DNA of 64,000 nt from a virus, in the IMG/VR virus record IMGVR_UViG_3300043395_003024, positions 64,001 through 128,000 of that record, one strand, 5' to 3'. Within the stretch, counting starts at the first letter, position 1, and each line of letters begins with the position of its first letter. Both the position numbers and the translations under genes were made by a program. Positions 38,619 to 47,736 of this stretch are shown here, piece by piece. A model generated the notes under the pieces. The model did not search any database and was not told the origin of the DNA. It saw only the letters and a program-made list of their open reading frames with translations.

Positions 38619-39012
38619 GCAATACTGGTACTCCGCAACGGTTCTCAAGGTAATCGATGGCGACACCTTGGACGTGATGATTGACCTTGGATTCAATATT
38701 CACCACAAAGCAAGGGTCCGGCTATATGGTGTAAATACCCCGGAGTCACGGACAAAGGACCTCGCCGAGAAAGACATGGGCCTTAAGGCAAAGTCGTTCA
38801 CATCAGACTGGACTACCCGTCATCAAACTGTGTTTTTGCAGACAATTGCTGGCAAGGATGACAAATACGGGAGAATACTTGCCCAAATATATTCAGATAA
38901 AGACATAAAATCAGAGCAGACAGCATGCCTCAATGAGGATATTGTGTCTTCTGGTTACGCTAGGGCCTACTTTGGCGTTGGCGATAAGACATGGGAAGAG
39001 TTTAAGAAATGA
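38611..39012 (+). CDS. Thermonuclease (SNase-like)
   Basis: KVIDGDTLDV, VRLYGVNTPE, DKYGRILA. Confidence 0.88.
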   Translation: MAEQYWYSATVLKVIDGDTLDVMIDLGFNIHHKARVRLYGVNTPESRTKDLAEKDMGLKAKSFTSDWTTRHQTVFLQTIAGKDDKYGRILAQIYSDKDIKSEQTACLNEDIVSSGYARAYFGVGDKTWEEFKK

Positions 39013-39464
39013 CAGAGACAACATGGGGTTCGTACAGAGGCCCTATTAAGGGAATTCGCATCGAAGTGAAGGCTGATGGCGAGCAGTGCCCAACAGCAAC
39101 ACAGGACATCGCAGTTAACCTAAAAAATAGAGCAAAAGCCATTGCTGTTGCGGACTATGGACCACTTAACCCAGGCGAAGCAAACGATGGTTACTGGGCA
39201 AAGATGGCCAAAGAGTGGGATGTAACACCAGAAGAGGCGCAAAAGCAGCGCTGTGGAAACTGTGCAGTCTTCATAGTTAGCCCTAGAATGAAATCCTGCA
39301 TTGAGTCTGGCCTTGTCGGGGAGGATAGACCAGACGAGTGGGGAGCAATTGATGCTGCCGGCGAACTTGGGTACTGCGAAGCTTTCGATTTCAAGTGTGC
39401 ATCAAAGAGGACATGCCGTGCGTGGGTGACGGGTGGACCGATACGTGAAGAAAAGCCTAAGTAA
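39009..39464 (+). CDS. Cys-rich hypothetical protein
   Basis: RCGNCAVF...GYCEAFDFKCASKRTCRAW. Confidence 0.7.
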   Translation: MTETTWGSYRGPIKGIRIEVKADGEQCPTATQDIAVNLKNRAKAIAVADYGPLNPGEANDGYWAKMAKEWDVTPEEAQKQRCGNCAVFIVSPRMKSCIESGLVGEDRPDEWGAIDAAGELGYCEAFDFKCASKRTCRAWVTGGPIREEKPK

Positions 39465-39570
39465 AGCATTTTCGTGGCTGACCGTAATAGTCGGCTCTTT
39501 TGTAATTGCTAAAACTGCTGTCGGAATTAAGCGAGCAGTAAACCACCCTAACCCAGAAATGTGGGAATAG

Positions 39571-39936
39571 CTATCTCTTGTCTTCGTGTTCGTCGCATGA
39601 AGTGTACATGTACCCACCAACGCCCAACCGCCTCCTATAGCCAGGGGCTCCGCATTCTTCACATGTCTCAAGAGACCTCTCTTCAATCGCCATGACAATT
39701 GAATTAAGGCGACTGTACTGCTTCATATCCGATGGGTTGAAGTAAAACCGCAAGCCCCCAAACTTTTCCTTTATCTGGGCAATTACGTAATTGGGGTCCT
39801 GAGCGAATAGGGCGGCGTCACATTCCCTTATAAGTTCAGCCCAGCCATATCCACAGTCGATTCTCGCCGGGATATCATCGGCAAAACGGTCGAGTATGTT
39901 CTGGAACTCTGGGTCTGATTCTATGTACTCTTTCAT
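39571..39936 (-). CDS. Conserved phage hypothetical protein
   Basis: GW..L...QIKEKFGGLRFY...CEECG. Confidence 0.7.
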   Translation of the reverse strand: MKEYIESDPEFQNILDRFADDIPARIDCGYGWAELIRECDAALFAQDPNYVIAQIKEKFGGLRFYFNPSDMKQYSRLNSIVMAIEERSLETCEECGAPGYRRRLGVGGYMYTSCDEHEDKR

Positions 39937-39957
39937 GACAGCAGTTTATACATAAAA

Positions 39958-40033
<76 letters not shown>

Positions 40034-40039
40034 CTGAGT

Positions 40040-40546
40040 CTACTTTTTCCTACGCTGATATTTTCGTTGATATTCGCGCTGGTATTGCAAGTAGGCCTCT
40101 CGTGTTTCAGGATTCGTCCTCATATTTTTGGCCGCAATGCGCTTGCACTCCCGGCAAATTCTGTCAACTGTTCCGTTCTTTCTTTGTTTCTCATAGACGC
40201 CAAACTCATCAAACGAATGGCCTCGCCTGCAGTGTGTCCTTTTTCTGGAAGACGAACCATTTCTGTCTTTGGTGAACATGTCGCGGTTATTGTCAGCAGT
40301 TGTCCCCACCCAGAGGTGCTCAGGATTTACGCAATGCCTTACGTCGCACGAATGGCAAACAACCATTCCTGCCGGTATTTCACCTACATACAATTCGTAA
40401 GAAAAGCGATGGGCGCTGACAGATTTGCCGTTGACACCAATGGAGCCATACCCCTGTGAATTGAGTGCCCCCGTCCACAACCAGCACGAATCCGTTTTAG
40501 TGGTTTTCTGAAGAAAACGCCCCTCGAGGGACATATATTTCGCCAT
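40040..40546 (-). CDS. Free-standing HNH homing endonuclease
   Basis: CWLWTG, AHRFSY, VCHSCDVRHCVNPEHL, GTTADNNRD; C-terminal HCRRGH...CRECK. Confidence 0.9.
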   Translation of the reverse strand: MAKYMSLEGRFLQKTTKTDSCWLWTGALNSQGYGSIGVNGKSVSAHRFSYELYVGEIPAGMVVCHSCDVRHCVNPEHLWVGTTADNNRDMFTKDRNGSSSRKRTHCRRGHSFDEFGVYEKQRKNGTVDRICRECKRIAAKNMRTNPETREAYLQYQREYQRKYQRRKK

Positions 40547-40550
40547 ATGG

Positions 40551-42476
40551 CTACTTTACTGGGCATGCTCCGGTAGCGCAATCATCCATATCGATATCGC
40601 CGTTGAACCTGTCTTGAACAAGCGGGATGGAGAAGTCAATCTTTGACACCATCTTTTCGTATGTCTGCTTGTCGATTTCCTCATACGGAGGGAGAACGAA
40701 ATTGTGGTCGCTGTGAAGCAGGAAAGACACTGACTTTACTCCCTTGTCATAGTTCTTCGACAACCAGTCTTTAATGCTGTCTAGCTCTTCTTTACGATAG
40801 TACACAGTCACGGAAACTGCGTTGTCTGCCCATTCTGTTTGCATCTTCTTGACCCACTCAAGCTGTTGCACTGCAGTCATTTCGCTCGCCATTGTTGAAC
40901 CCTCTGGGGACATGCAGGGGAACTCAACAACATAGCGAGTATGGTCTTCTCGGCCGTCGATTCCAATATCCCAAACGACCTTGTATCCGCGCTTGCGGCA
41001 AGCGTCAACGAGCGGGTCGGCAGAGCCGAAACGAACGCGACGAATGTAGTATGGGGCAAATGCCGGGTGGACGCCAGGTGTGACTCCTGGAAGAAGCGAA
41101 AGCGTGCCAGACGGCTGAACAGTTGTCATGCGCACAGACTCTGGGAATCCCTTTTCGGCAGAGTACTCCTTATCGAGGTCGCGAAGGTACTGGTACGTGG
41201 CATCTAGCCATGCAATTTGCTGTTCTGTAGCCTGAAGAACGCCTGTAATGCTCTGACCAAGGCGCGCGTTTGCGCGGACAATTGACGTCGTCTTCTCATA
41301 AGGATATGGAAGGCGCGTAATCTGCTTTTGTGTCATGTACAAGAGGCGTGAAATCGACAAGAGCTGCGGAAGCGACTCGATGTTCGGCAGGAAAATGGTT
41401 GCAAGATTGCACGACTCACCATCTGCCAAAGCAATTTCCGCGCACGGATTGAAACCCTCGATTGTTGGGTCAGGGCGCTTCTCGCCAAGGCGCCCGTATG
41501 TGCGCGCCAGCTTGCGATTCACGAGACCGTATGGTTCCCCTGAACCGTCATAGCCACGCCACAGTTCCGTGGGCATCTCGTCCCATCCGTCGGCATAGAG
41601 GGAGTTGTTGCTATTTGCACGCCATCCTGGGATATTCCCGGAACCCCAGTTCTTTGCACGAAGGAAAAGAACATCATCCGGGTCTCCCATTGCTATTTGC
41701 GCCGACCGCCTAGACGAGCCGGAAACAACAATGCGACCAATAATGTTGCAAATATCAAGAACATCAACTGACCTCAACTTCTTGCCGACGCGGTTGTCGA
41801 GAACTTTACAAATATCGGTGATTCCATCAATGAGTGCGCCAGGACCAGATGCGGTTCCGCCAAATGTCTTGAGAGGCGCACCAAACTCGCGAATAAGAAT
41901 CGTGGAGTACGTAAATGACTTACCAGTGTCGAAGTAAGACTTAAGAACGCTGTGCAGTAGACGGCGCCAGCCAGTGCGGCTATCTGGGACGATGATATCA
42001 GCATCATTGGTTCTTTCATGTGAAATAGAAACACCACTCTTGACCTTCGGTAGGTCGTGAATCTTCGAGCGCTCCACGGAGAAACCAACTCCGCCGCCAA
42101 GCATCAGATAATCAAAGAGGAACTCAAAGTCTTCAATCTTCTCGATATTTGTGAAGTAACAGTTATTGAGTGACGCACCACCAAAACGCGCGACCATCGA
42201 CGTGCCGAGTTGCCATAATGCGCGCCCACTCATTGAGCAGCGGAGGTTATACATGTGGTCGAAAAGTTCTTCAGCTTCGGCACGGGTATAAGGGACGCCG
42301 ATTTCTACTGCGCCATTGATAACACGCTGAACTGTTTCTGCCCACGTCTCGATGCTCCCATTGTCTTTCGTGCGGCTATATGTGCGTAGGAAGACAATTT
42401 CTCCCATGCCATTAAATCCCCAGGGAACTGGACGATTGGCGTACGAAGCAACGAATTCATCATCAATGAGGCTCAT
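40551..42476 (-). CDS. nrdJ: Class II adenosylcobalamin-dependent ribonucleotide reductase
   Basis: RTYSR, SLNNC, GGGVGFS, RRSAQIA, FNPCAEI, TTVQPSGT, C-terminal CATGACPVK. Confidence 0.93.
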   Translation of the reverse strand: MSLIDDEFVASYANRPVPWGFNGMGEIVFLRTYSRTKDNGSIETWAETVQRVINGAVEIGVPYTRAEAEELFDHMYNLRCSMSGRALWQLGTSMVARFGGASLNNCYFTNIEKIEDFEFLFDYLMLGGGVGFSVERSKIHDLPKVKSGVSISHERTNDADIIVPDSRTGWRRLLHSVLKSYFDTGKSFTYSTILIREFGAPLKTFGGTASGPGALIDGITDICKVLDNRVGKKLRSVDVLDICNIIGRIVVSGSSRRSAQIAMGDPDDVLFLRAKNWGSGNIPGWRANSNNSLYADGWDEMPTELWRGYDGSGEPYGLVNRKLARTYGRLGEKRPDPTIEGFNPCAEIALADGESCNLATIFLPNIESLPQLLSISRLLYMTQKQITRLPYPYEKTTSIVRANARLGQSITGVLQATEQQIAWLDATYQYLRDLDKEYSAEKGFPESVRMTTVQPSGTLSLLPGVTPGVHPAFAPYYIRRVRFGSADPLVDACRKRGYKVVWDIGIDGREDHTRYVVEFPCMSPEGSTMASEMTAVQQLEWVKKMQTEWADNAVSVTVYYRKEELDSIKDWLSKNYDKGVKSVSFLLHSDHNFVLPPYEEIDKQTYEKMVSKIDFSIPLVQDRFNGDIDMDDCATGACPVK

Positions 42477-42563
42477 AATTTCCTTAACGTAGGTTGATTA
42501 ACAACTGGAGGAAAAGAGTGTAGCGCAGATATGAATACAGAAAAAGTCGAGAGTAGATGTGAT

Positions 42564-42899
42564 TTATTGGATTAGGCCAAGACGCTTCGCTTCGCCAAGC
42601 GGAATACTCTTACCCTTCTTGTGGATAACCACTCGTGTTGTGATTCCAGGCGCAATTTCTCGCTCTTCAATGTAATCATCTTCTAAATAAAAAGTAACAG
42701 ACTCATCTAGTGATGAATTAGTATTGAATCCCCACACCGTTTCCTGCCTCAATGTCTCACTGTCGCCCACACAGTCGCCGGTAGGGTGACCGCATACTGG
42801 ACACGGCATTCTGTCAGCCCTGGCAATTTTAACTTCGCCTGATGGGCTCTCAAAAATCGATACCTCGCCAAAGCCCGGACTCGTATAAAATGGATTCAC
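42564..42899 (-). CDS. Hypothetical protein with CxxC motif
   Basis: CPVCGHPTGDC. Confidence 0.65.
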   Translation of the reverse strand: MNPFYTSPGFGEVSIFESPSGEVKIARADRMPCPVCGHPTGDCVGDSETLRQETVWGFNTNSSLDESVTFYLEDDYIEEREIAPGITTRVVIHKKGKSIPLGEAKRLGLIQ

Positions 42900-42912
42900 A
42901 TTTATATTTTAT

Positions 42913-43551
42913 CTAAATAATGCTCTGCATAACAAAACCTAGATTGACAATATTGGATGCAGCAGCATTGAGTGTTTCATCATTTATTGACTCATCTGGG
43001 GACATTTGCAGAACACGGCGTAGCATGGCTGGGTATCTTGTTTGTTTCGTGTGCTGTTCGGCCTTCTCGGGATAAACCAGAACTTCTTTCCACTGCACTT
43101 TTCTGCCGACGTTAATTTTGTAGGGGGCGGCAACCATGGAAACTGGGGCTATATGGCCAGTATCTTCATCTATAGAGATATGGCTAATCGTTATACATTC
43201 GTAGACGGGCAATTTTGGGTCTGCAAAGGCCGTGGCGAGGTCCATGTTGTTTGTCTTGGAGGAGTCGAGCGAGCAGTAACCTTCTGAAACCATCGTTAAA
43301 GCCGTACACCACAGGTCTTTCCTGAGAATCTTGCATAGCTCTTTACATCTATTAAAACGCTCATCGGGGTCCATCTTGCTGGTATCCGCACCCATCTGGC
43401 AGATTGCGATTAACCCATCATCTACCCATGCGAGAAAGTGAACAGCTATCTCCTCGCCCACGCCATGTTCCTGGACTGCATCATCTTTAGCCATTTGTGC
43501 AGACGTCAACGCAAGCGCCATTTTACTAAAATCATTGACATACTGTTCCAT
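42913..43551 (-). CDS. Hypothetical protein
   Basis: 212-aa ORF in minus-strand operon. Confidence 0.65.
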   Translation of the reverse strand: MEQYVNDFSKMALALTSAQMAKDDAVQEHGVGEEIAVHFLAWVDDGLIAICQMGADTSKMDPDERFNRCKELCKILRKDLWCTALTMVSEGYCSLDSSKTNNMDLATAFADPKLPVYECITISHISIDEDTGHIAPVSMVAAPYKINVGRKVQWKEVLVYPEKAEQHTKQTRYPAMLRRVLQMSPDESINDETLNAAASNIVNLGFVMQSII

Positions 43552-43644
43552 GCATGAATACTAAACAAATATGTCTACATTTTAAGGTAAAGAAATAAAC
43601 GTCTTTTCACTCGCGCGCCACACGTATGCGCTAGTGTCTTCGAT

Positions 43645-44082
43645 ATGAGCGATAGCAAGAAAAAGACCCCAGCCAAGAAGCAGCCCGCCAAGAAGGCTCC
43701 TGCAAAGAAGGCAACAGCCAAAAAAGTTCCTGCTAAAAAGCAGGCCGCCAAGAAGGCCCCCGCAAAGAAGGCCCCTGCCAAGAAGGCGCAGCCAACAAAG
43801 GCTCCTGCTAAGAAGAAGAAGACGCCTGTCGAGACTGCTTTTGAGGCGATTGATTCGATTGAAGCACATGAGCTGCATCATGAGGAAATGATGAACGCCC
43901 TCAACAGCCACATGATGAAGGCTCTCGATGCCGCTGAGACAATAAAGATTGATTTTATCGACGACACTCGCGACAACATTGTTGAGTGGGCCCAGGAGTG
44001 GGTTACCCCTGACTCGCCATCAACACCGGTGGCAAAAAAGGGATTCTTCAAGCGCTTCATTGCTTCGTTTATTAAGCGCTAA
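43645..44082 (+). CDS. Histone H1-like (PAKK repeat) protein
   Basis: Repeated KKAPAKK units in N-terminal half. Confidence 0.75.
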   Translation: MSDSKKKTPAKKQPAKKAPAKKATAKKVPAKKQAAKKAPAKKAPAKKAQPTKAPAKKKKTPVETAFEAIDSIEAHELHHEEMMNALNSHMMKALDAAETIKIDFIDDTRDNIVEWAQEWVTPDSPSTPVAKKGFFKRFIASFIKR

Positions 44083-44110
44083 ACGAATTCGGTAAGAGGG
44101 GTCTTGCCGA

Positions 44111-44524
44111 ATGACTACGGAAAGACGAAGAGCGCCAAGGCGCAAAATATTATCTATCGAAAAAATTGGTAGATGGGGACAGCTAACGTACAACCACAAG
44201 CTCGAGTGTGGTCATGTCGATGTTAGAAAAAGAGCTGCGAACTCTGACGAAATAGCATGTATGTGGTGTTTGCGCGCCGAAGAACAAGCAGTAGAACTAA
44301 AGAAGTTAACAGCACCGCCAGTTCAAAGCGTTTTCTATGACGACAACCTCGCAGAAGAGGAGACGCGAATTGAAAAAACGCGAGCGGCAATAGCGGCAAG
44401 AATTGGTGTGCCCATGGAGGCCGTCGATATTGCCGCAGAGGATGTTGGCGGAATTCTTGTAATCCGCAGCGCCGTCGTGTATCTTTCTGCACGTGATGTA
44501 AATCGCATTTCGGGGGACACCTAG
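44111..44524 (+). CDS. Hypothetical protein with putative zinc site
   Basis: LECGH...CMWC. Confidence 0.65.
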   Translation: MTTERRRAPRRKILSIEKIGRWGQLTYNHKLECGHVDVRKRAANSDEIACMWCLRAEEQAVELKKLTAPPVQSVFYDDNLAEEETRIEKTRAAIAARIGVPMEAVDIAAEDVGGILVIRSAVVYLSARDVNRISGDT

Positions 44525-44550
44525 CCTCCGGTAATTCATGGGAGGGCCAG

Positions 44551-44886
44551 ATGAAAGCAATTAGTCGCATAGACGAACTTCCACGCGGAGGTGACTGCGC
44601 TGGGCATGACCCCGACATTTGGTTCCCGATGGCCGATAAATCAGAGCCCGGCGAATTCTCCCGAAAAATCCGTGAGGCCAAACTAAACACAGAGATTGCC
44701 AAGAAAATCTGCTCAACTTGCCACATCCGGCAGGAATGTTTGTCCTACTCGCTTTATCACGAAATGTTTGGAATATGGGGTGGGGCGACAGAGCGGGAAC
44801 GTCAGAAGATTCGTAAACAGCTGAACATTGTTCCCATACCACGCATACCTGTTAATCTGCTTTTCCTCTCATCGCAGGCAAATTAA
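44551..44886 (+). CDS. whiB: WhiB-family transcription factor
   Basis: C...DPDIWFP...AKKICSTCHIRQECL..GIWGGATERER. Confidence 0.93.
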   Translation: MKAISRIDELPRGGDCAGHDPDIWFPMADKSEPGEFSRKIREAKLNTEIAKKICSTCHIRQECLSYSLYHEMFGIWGGATERERQKIRKQLNIVPIPRIPVNLLFLSSQAN

Positions 44887-46730
44887 TGACAACAGTTCCA
44901 TCAGAAGAAACAGAAAATTTTCTCGGCCTGCTTGACGGCGTCAGAAGAGCTGGCTCTGGCTGGGTGGCGCGTTGTCCGTGCAGAAATGACGACTCAAATC
45001 CATCGCTTTCCGTCGGGCAAGGAGCAGATGGCCGAGTCCTTGTTACGTGTCATCGTGGAATGTCCTGCAATGTCGAGGAAATATGTGCGGCTGTTGGTCT
45101 TAGCGTCGCTGACTTGATGCCTAAGAAAGACGATTTTGAACAGACATACAAAACCGACCATAGGCCGCCACCGGCACCAAAAAAGACAGAGCAAAAACAT
45201 GTAACGCCAAAGCAGGTTGAGCCACCAAAAAAACAAACACTTGTAGCCACATATGACTACACGGATGAAAACGGCGTGCTTCTTTTCCAAAAACTGCGAT
45301 ACGTAGATGAAGACGGAAAGAAAACGTTTCGCCAGCGCAAACCAGACGGGAAAGGCGGATGGGAATACAGTCTTGGTGACGTGCCAAAAGTCCTATACAA
45401 CTTGCCAGCTGTTATTTCTGCCAAAACATATAACGCTCCAGTGTGGGTTGTAGAGGGGGAGAAAGATGCAGACACCCTCATAGAGGCTGGATTTATCGCA
45501 ACGACAATGCCAGGCGGAGCTGGGAAATGGCTAGATATCCACACGGAACCACTCGCTGGAAGTCTTGTTGAAATAGTTGCAGACAATGATGAAGTCGGAA
45601 TCAAGCATGCTCTTGATGTTCAACAAAAACTAAATGAAGCTGGCTGTGATGCGCAGGTATGGATTTGCCCATCGCACAAAGACATCACAGACCATCTTTC
45701 ATCAGGTAAATCCATCGATGAACTTCTTGCCTACGAAGAGCACGCAGAAACATATTCTGCGAACGTTTCTGAAGATGGTTTTAGCGATATTGAGCCAGCA
45801 GTACACCGAATTGACGATGAGGCGTCCCCAGAAGGGCTTGCGCTTTTAAAGTTACAGGAGCTGTTAGAGCGCGACGACCTCAATACAAAACAGAAAATTG
45901 CAAAAAGCAATCTCATCCTCTCAACAGCAACTGTGTCATTTACTCTTGATACAGGCCGACTGGTTCATTGGAATGATTTTCTTAAAGAAACAGACGGCGA
46001 CTCGTACGAATGGGCAATACCAGGACTAATTGAGAGAGGCGAAAGAGTGATTGTTGTTGCCGCCGAAGGTGTCGGCAAGACAATGCTCGCTAGGCAAGTA
46101 GCACTCCTGTCTGCCGCCGGAATCCATCCGTTCTCGTTTCAGCCGATGAATCCAATCAAGACACTTACGGTAGACCTTGAAAACCCTGACAGAATTATTC
46201 GCCGAACTGGACGCTCAATCGCGATGCAGGCAATGGCTCATGCCCGGGTTTCAAGACTGAACGCAGAACTACTAACACGCCCATCAGGAATGGACCTGCT
46301 TAAAGCTTCGGATAGGGCAATTCTCGAGGATACCCTCGACAGGGTTAAGCCAGAGTTACTAGTGATTGGGCCTCTTTACAAGGCGTTTCTTGACCCAGGC
46401 GGAAGAACGTCTGAATCAATTGCGCTAGAGGTTGCAAAATACCTTGACACCATTAGAACCATCTACAAGTGCGCCCTATGGATTGAACATCACGCTCCAC
46501 TGGGAACCAGCATGACGAGCAGAGACCTTCGGCCCTTTGGTTCGGCAGTCTGGTCGCGCTGGCCAGAATTCGGTATTTCCCTTCAGCCAGACCCCACGGC
46601 CCTCGGGGCATATGTTTACGATGTTCGACATTTCCGTGGTGCTCGTGACGAGCGTCAGTGGCCGACTAAAATGAAAAGAGGCGTCAGATTTCCATTTGAG
46701 GTCATCGAGTGGTCTAAGGCTGTTAAATGA
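44886..46730 (+). CDS. DNA primase-helicase (zinc finger + Toprim + RecA-like AAA helicase)
   Basis: ARCPCRND..PSLSV, VVEGEKDAD, VADNDEVG, Walker A AAEGVGKT, IEHH, FGSAVWSRWPE. Confidence 0.88.
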   Translation: MTTVPSEETENFLGLLDGVRRAGSGWVARCPCRNDDSNPSLSVGQGADGRVLVTCHRGMSCNVEEICAAVGLSVADLMPKKDDFEQTYKTDHRPPPAPKKTEQKHVTPKQVEPPKKQTLVATYDYTDENGVLLFQKLRYVDEDGKKTFRQRKPDGKGGWEYSLGDVPKVLYNLPAVISAKTYNAPVWVVEGEKDADTLIEAGFIATTMPGGAGKWLDIHTEPLAGSLVEIVADNDEVGIKHALDVQQKLNEAGCDAQVWICPSHKDITDHLSSGKSIDELLAYEEHAETYSANVSEDGFSDIEPAVHRIDDEASPEGLALLKLQELLERDDLNTKQKIAKSNLILSTATVSFTLDTGRLVHWNDFLKETDGDSYEWAIPGLIERGERVIVVAAEGVGKTMLARQVALLSAAGIHPFSFQPMNPIKTLTVDLENPDRIIRRTGRSIAMQAMAHARVSRLNAELLTRPSGMDLLKASDRAILEDTLDRVKPELLVIGPLYKAFLDPGGRTSESIALEVAKYLDTIRTIYKCALWIEHHAPLGTSMTSRDLRPFGSAVWSRWPEFGISLQPDPTALGAYVYDVRHFRGARDERQWPTKMKRGVRFPFEVIEWSKAVK

Positions 46731-47395
46731 GCGACGAAAAATCAAAACCGATTACTACTAAAGAGTTTCTCAACGAGAGAGACATGCGTATTTTCAAGAT
46801 GCGCCAGGCCGGTACGTCTGTCAATGAGATAGCCAGAAGATTCGGCATCTCAACATCGTCTGTTTCACGCTCAATTCAGCGTCAACTGGAAAAGATGAAT
46901 AAGGAAGCCATCCTGGCCTACCCAGAGGTGCTCAGAATGGAGTTGGAGCGCCTAGACAACCTCCAGCAGGCTATTTGGCCCATGACGCAGCACAGGCGCG
47001 TTGTAATGGACGACGGTACAGAGATGCAGGTAGAACCAGACCTGAAAGCAATCCAGCAGGTGCTCTCAATTATGGACAGAAGAACGAAACTTCTTGGCAT
47101 GGAGCAAACAAATGTCAATGTAAATATTGACGGGAATATCAACTCTCAGGTTCGCGCAACAATTGCTGGCCAGCCTGGAGTTACGACGCCGGCGTCTGGT
47201 TTTGACGCTGAATCTGAAGCTAAAAAGCTGCTTGAACTCATGGCGATTTCTGGCGTATTGCCGGAGGAAACTGTTTCTTCAATTCTTCGGAAACATCAAG
47301 AAGATGAAGGTTTGATAATTGATGCTGAAGTAGTATCTGACTCAGAAGAAGAGCCTAGATACAGGGATTTCAGCGACGATGAGCCAGGAAAATAA
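46727..47395 (+). CDS. HTH protein, probable terminase small subunit
   Basis: HTH SVNEIARRFGIS; ELERLDNL...AIQQVLSIMDRRTKLLG. Confidence 0.65.
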   Translation: MSDEKSKPITTKEFLNERDMRIFKMRQAGTSVNEIARRFGISTSSVSRSIQRQLEKMNKEAILAYPEVLRMELERLDNLQQAIWPMTQHRRVVMDDGTEMQVEPDLKAIQQVLSIMDRRTKLLGMEQTNVNVNIDGNINSQVRATIAGQPGVTTPASGFDAESEAKKLLELMAISGVLPEETVSSILRKHQEDEGLIIDAEVVSDSEEEPRYRDFSDDEPGK

Positions 47396-47702
47396 CCAAG
47401 AAGAGACTGACAACATCCGCTCCGCCATGGACAAGGTGGCGGAAACGTTAACCCCCAGCATTTCCACGTCAATAGATGCTGAAGATGGGCCAGCAGACAA
47501 GCAGGTTCTAATCAGAACTAACGATTATGAACGAAATCGCTGGAAAGAAGCCGCCTCCATTGAGCAGATTTCCCTTTCTGCGTGGATTCGAACAGTCCTC
47601 AATTCTGAAGCAAAGCGCCTCCTGGAATGTGACCATCCAATGAATATGGTCCGCTTCTACCCGTGGTCAAAAATATGCACCAAATGCGGTAAGCGCCTCT
47701 AA
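47379..47702 (+). CDS. Ribbon-helix-helix-like protein with C-terminal zinc motif
   Basis: VLIRT...WKEAA...SLSAWIR; CDH...CTKCG. Confidence 0.6.
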   Translation: MSQENNQEETDNIRSAMDKVAETLTPSISTSIDAEDGPADKQVLIRTNDYERNRWKEAASIEQISLSAWIRTVLNSEAKRLLECDHPMNMVRFYPWSKICTKCGKRL

Positions 47703-47736
47703 TTGGCCTTTATTTGTAATGGTATTATTTATTTAG

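Noticed and set aside
45690-45712. HLSSGK in primase-helicase
   Set aside because: Single copy within the Toprim-terminal KD.TD.L..G pattern; compatible with chance and not counted among the 18, although it does lie near the primase/helicase junction.
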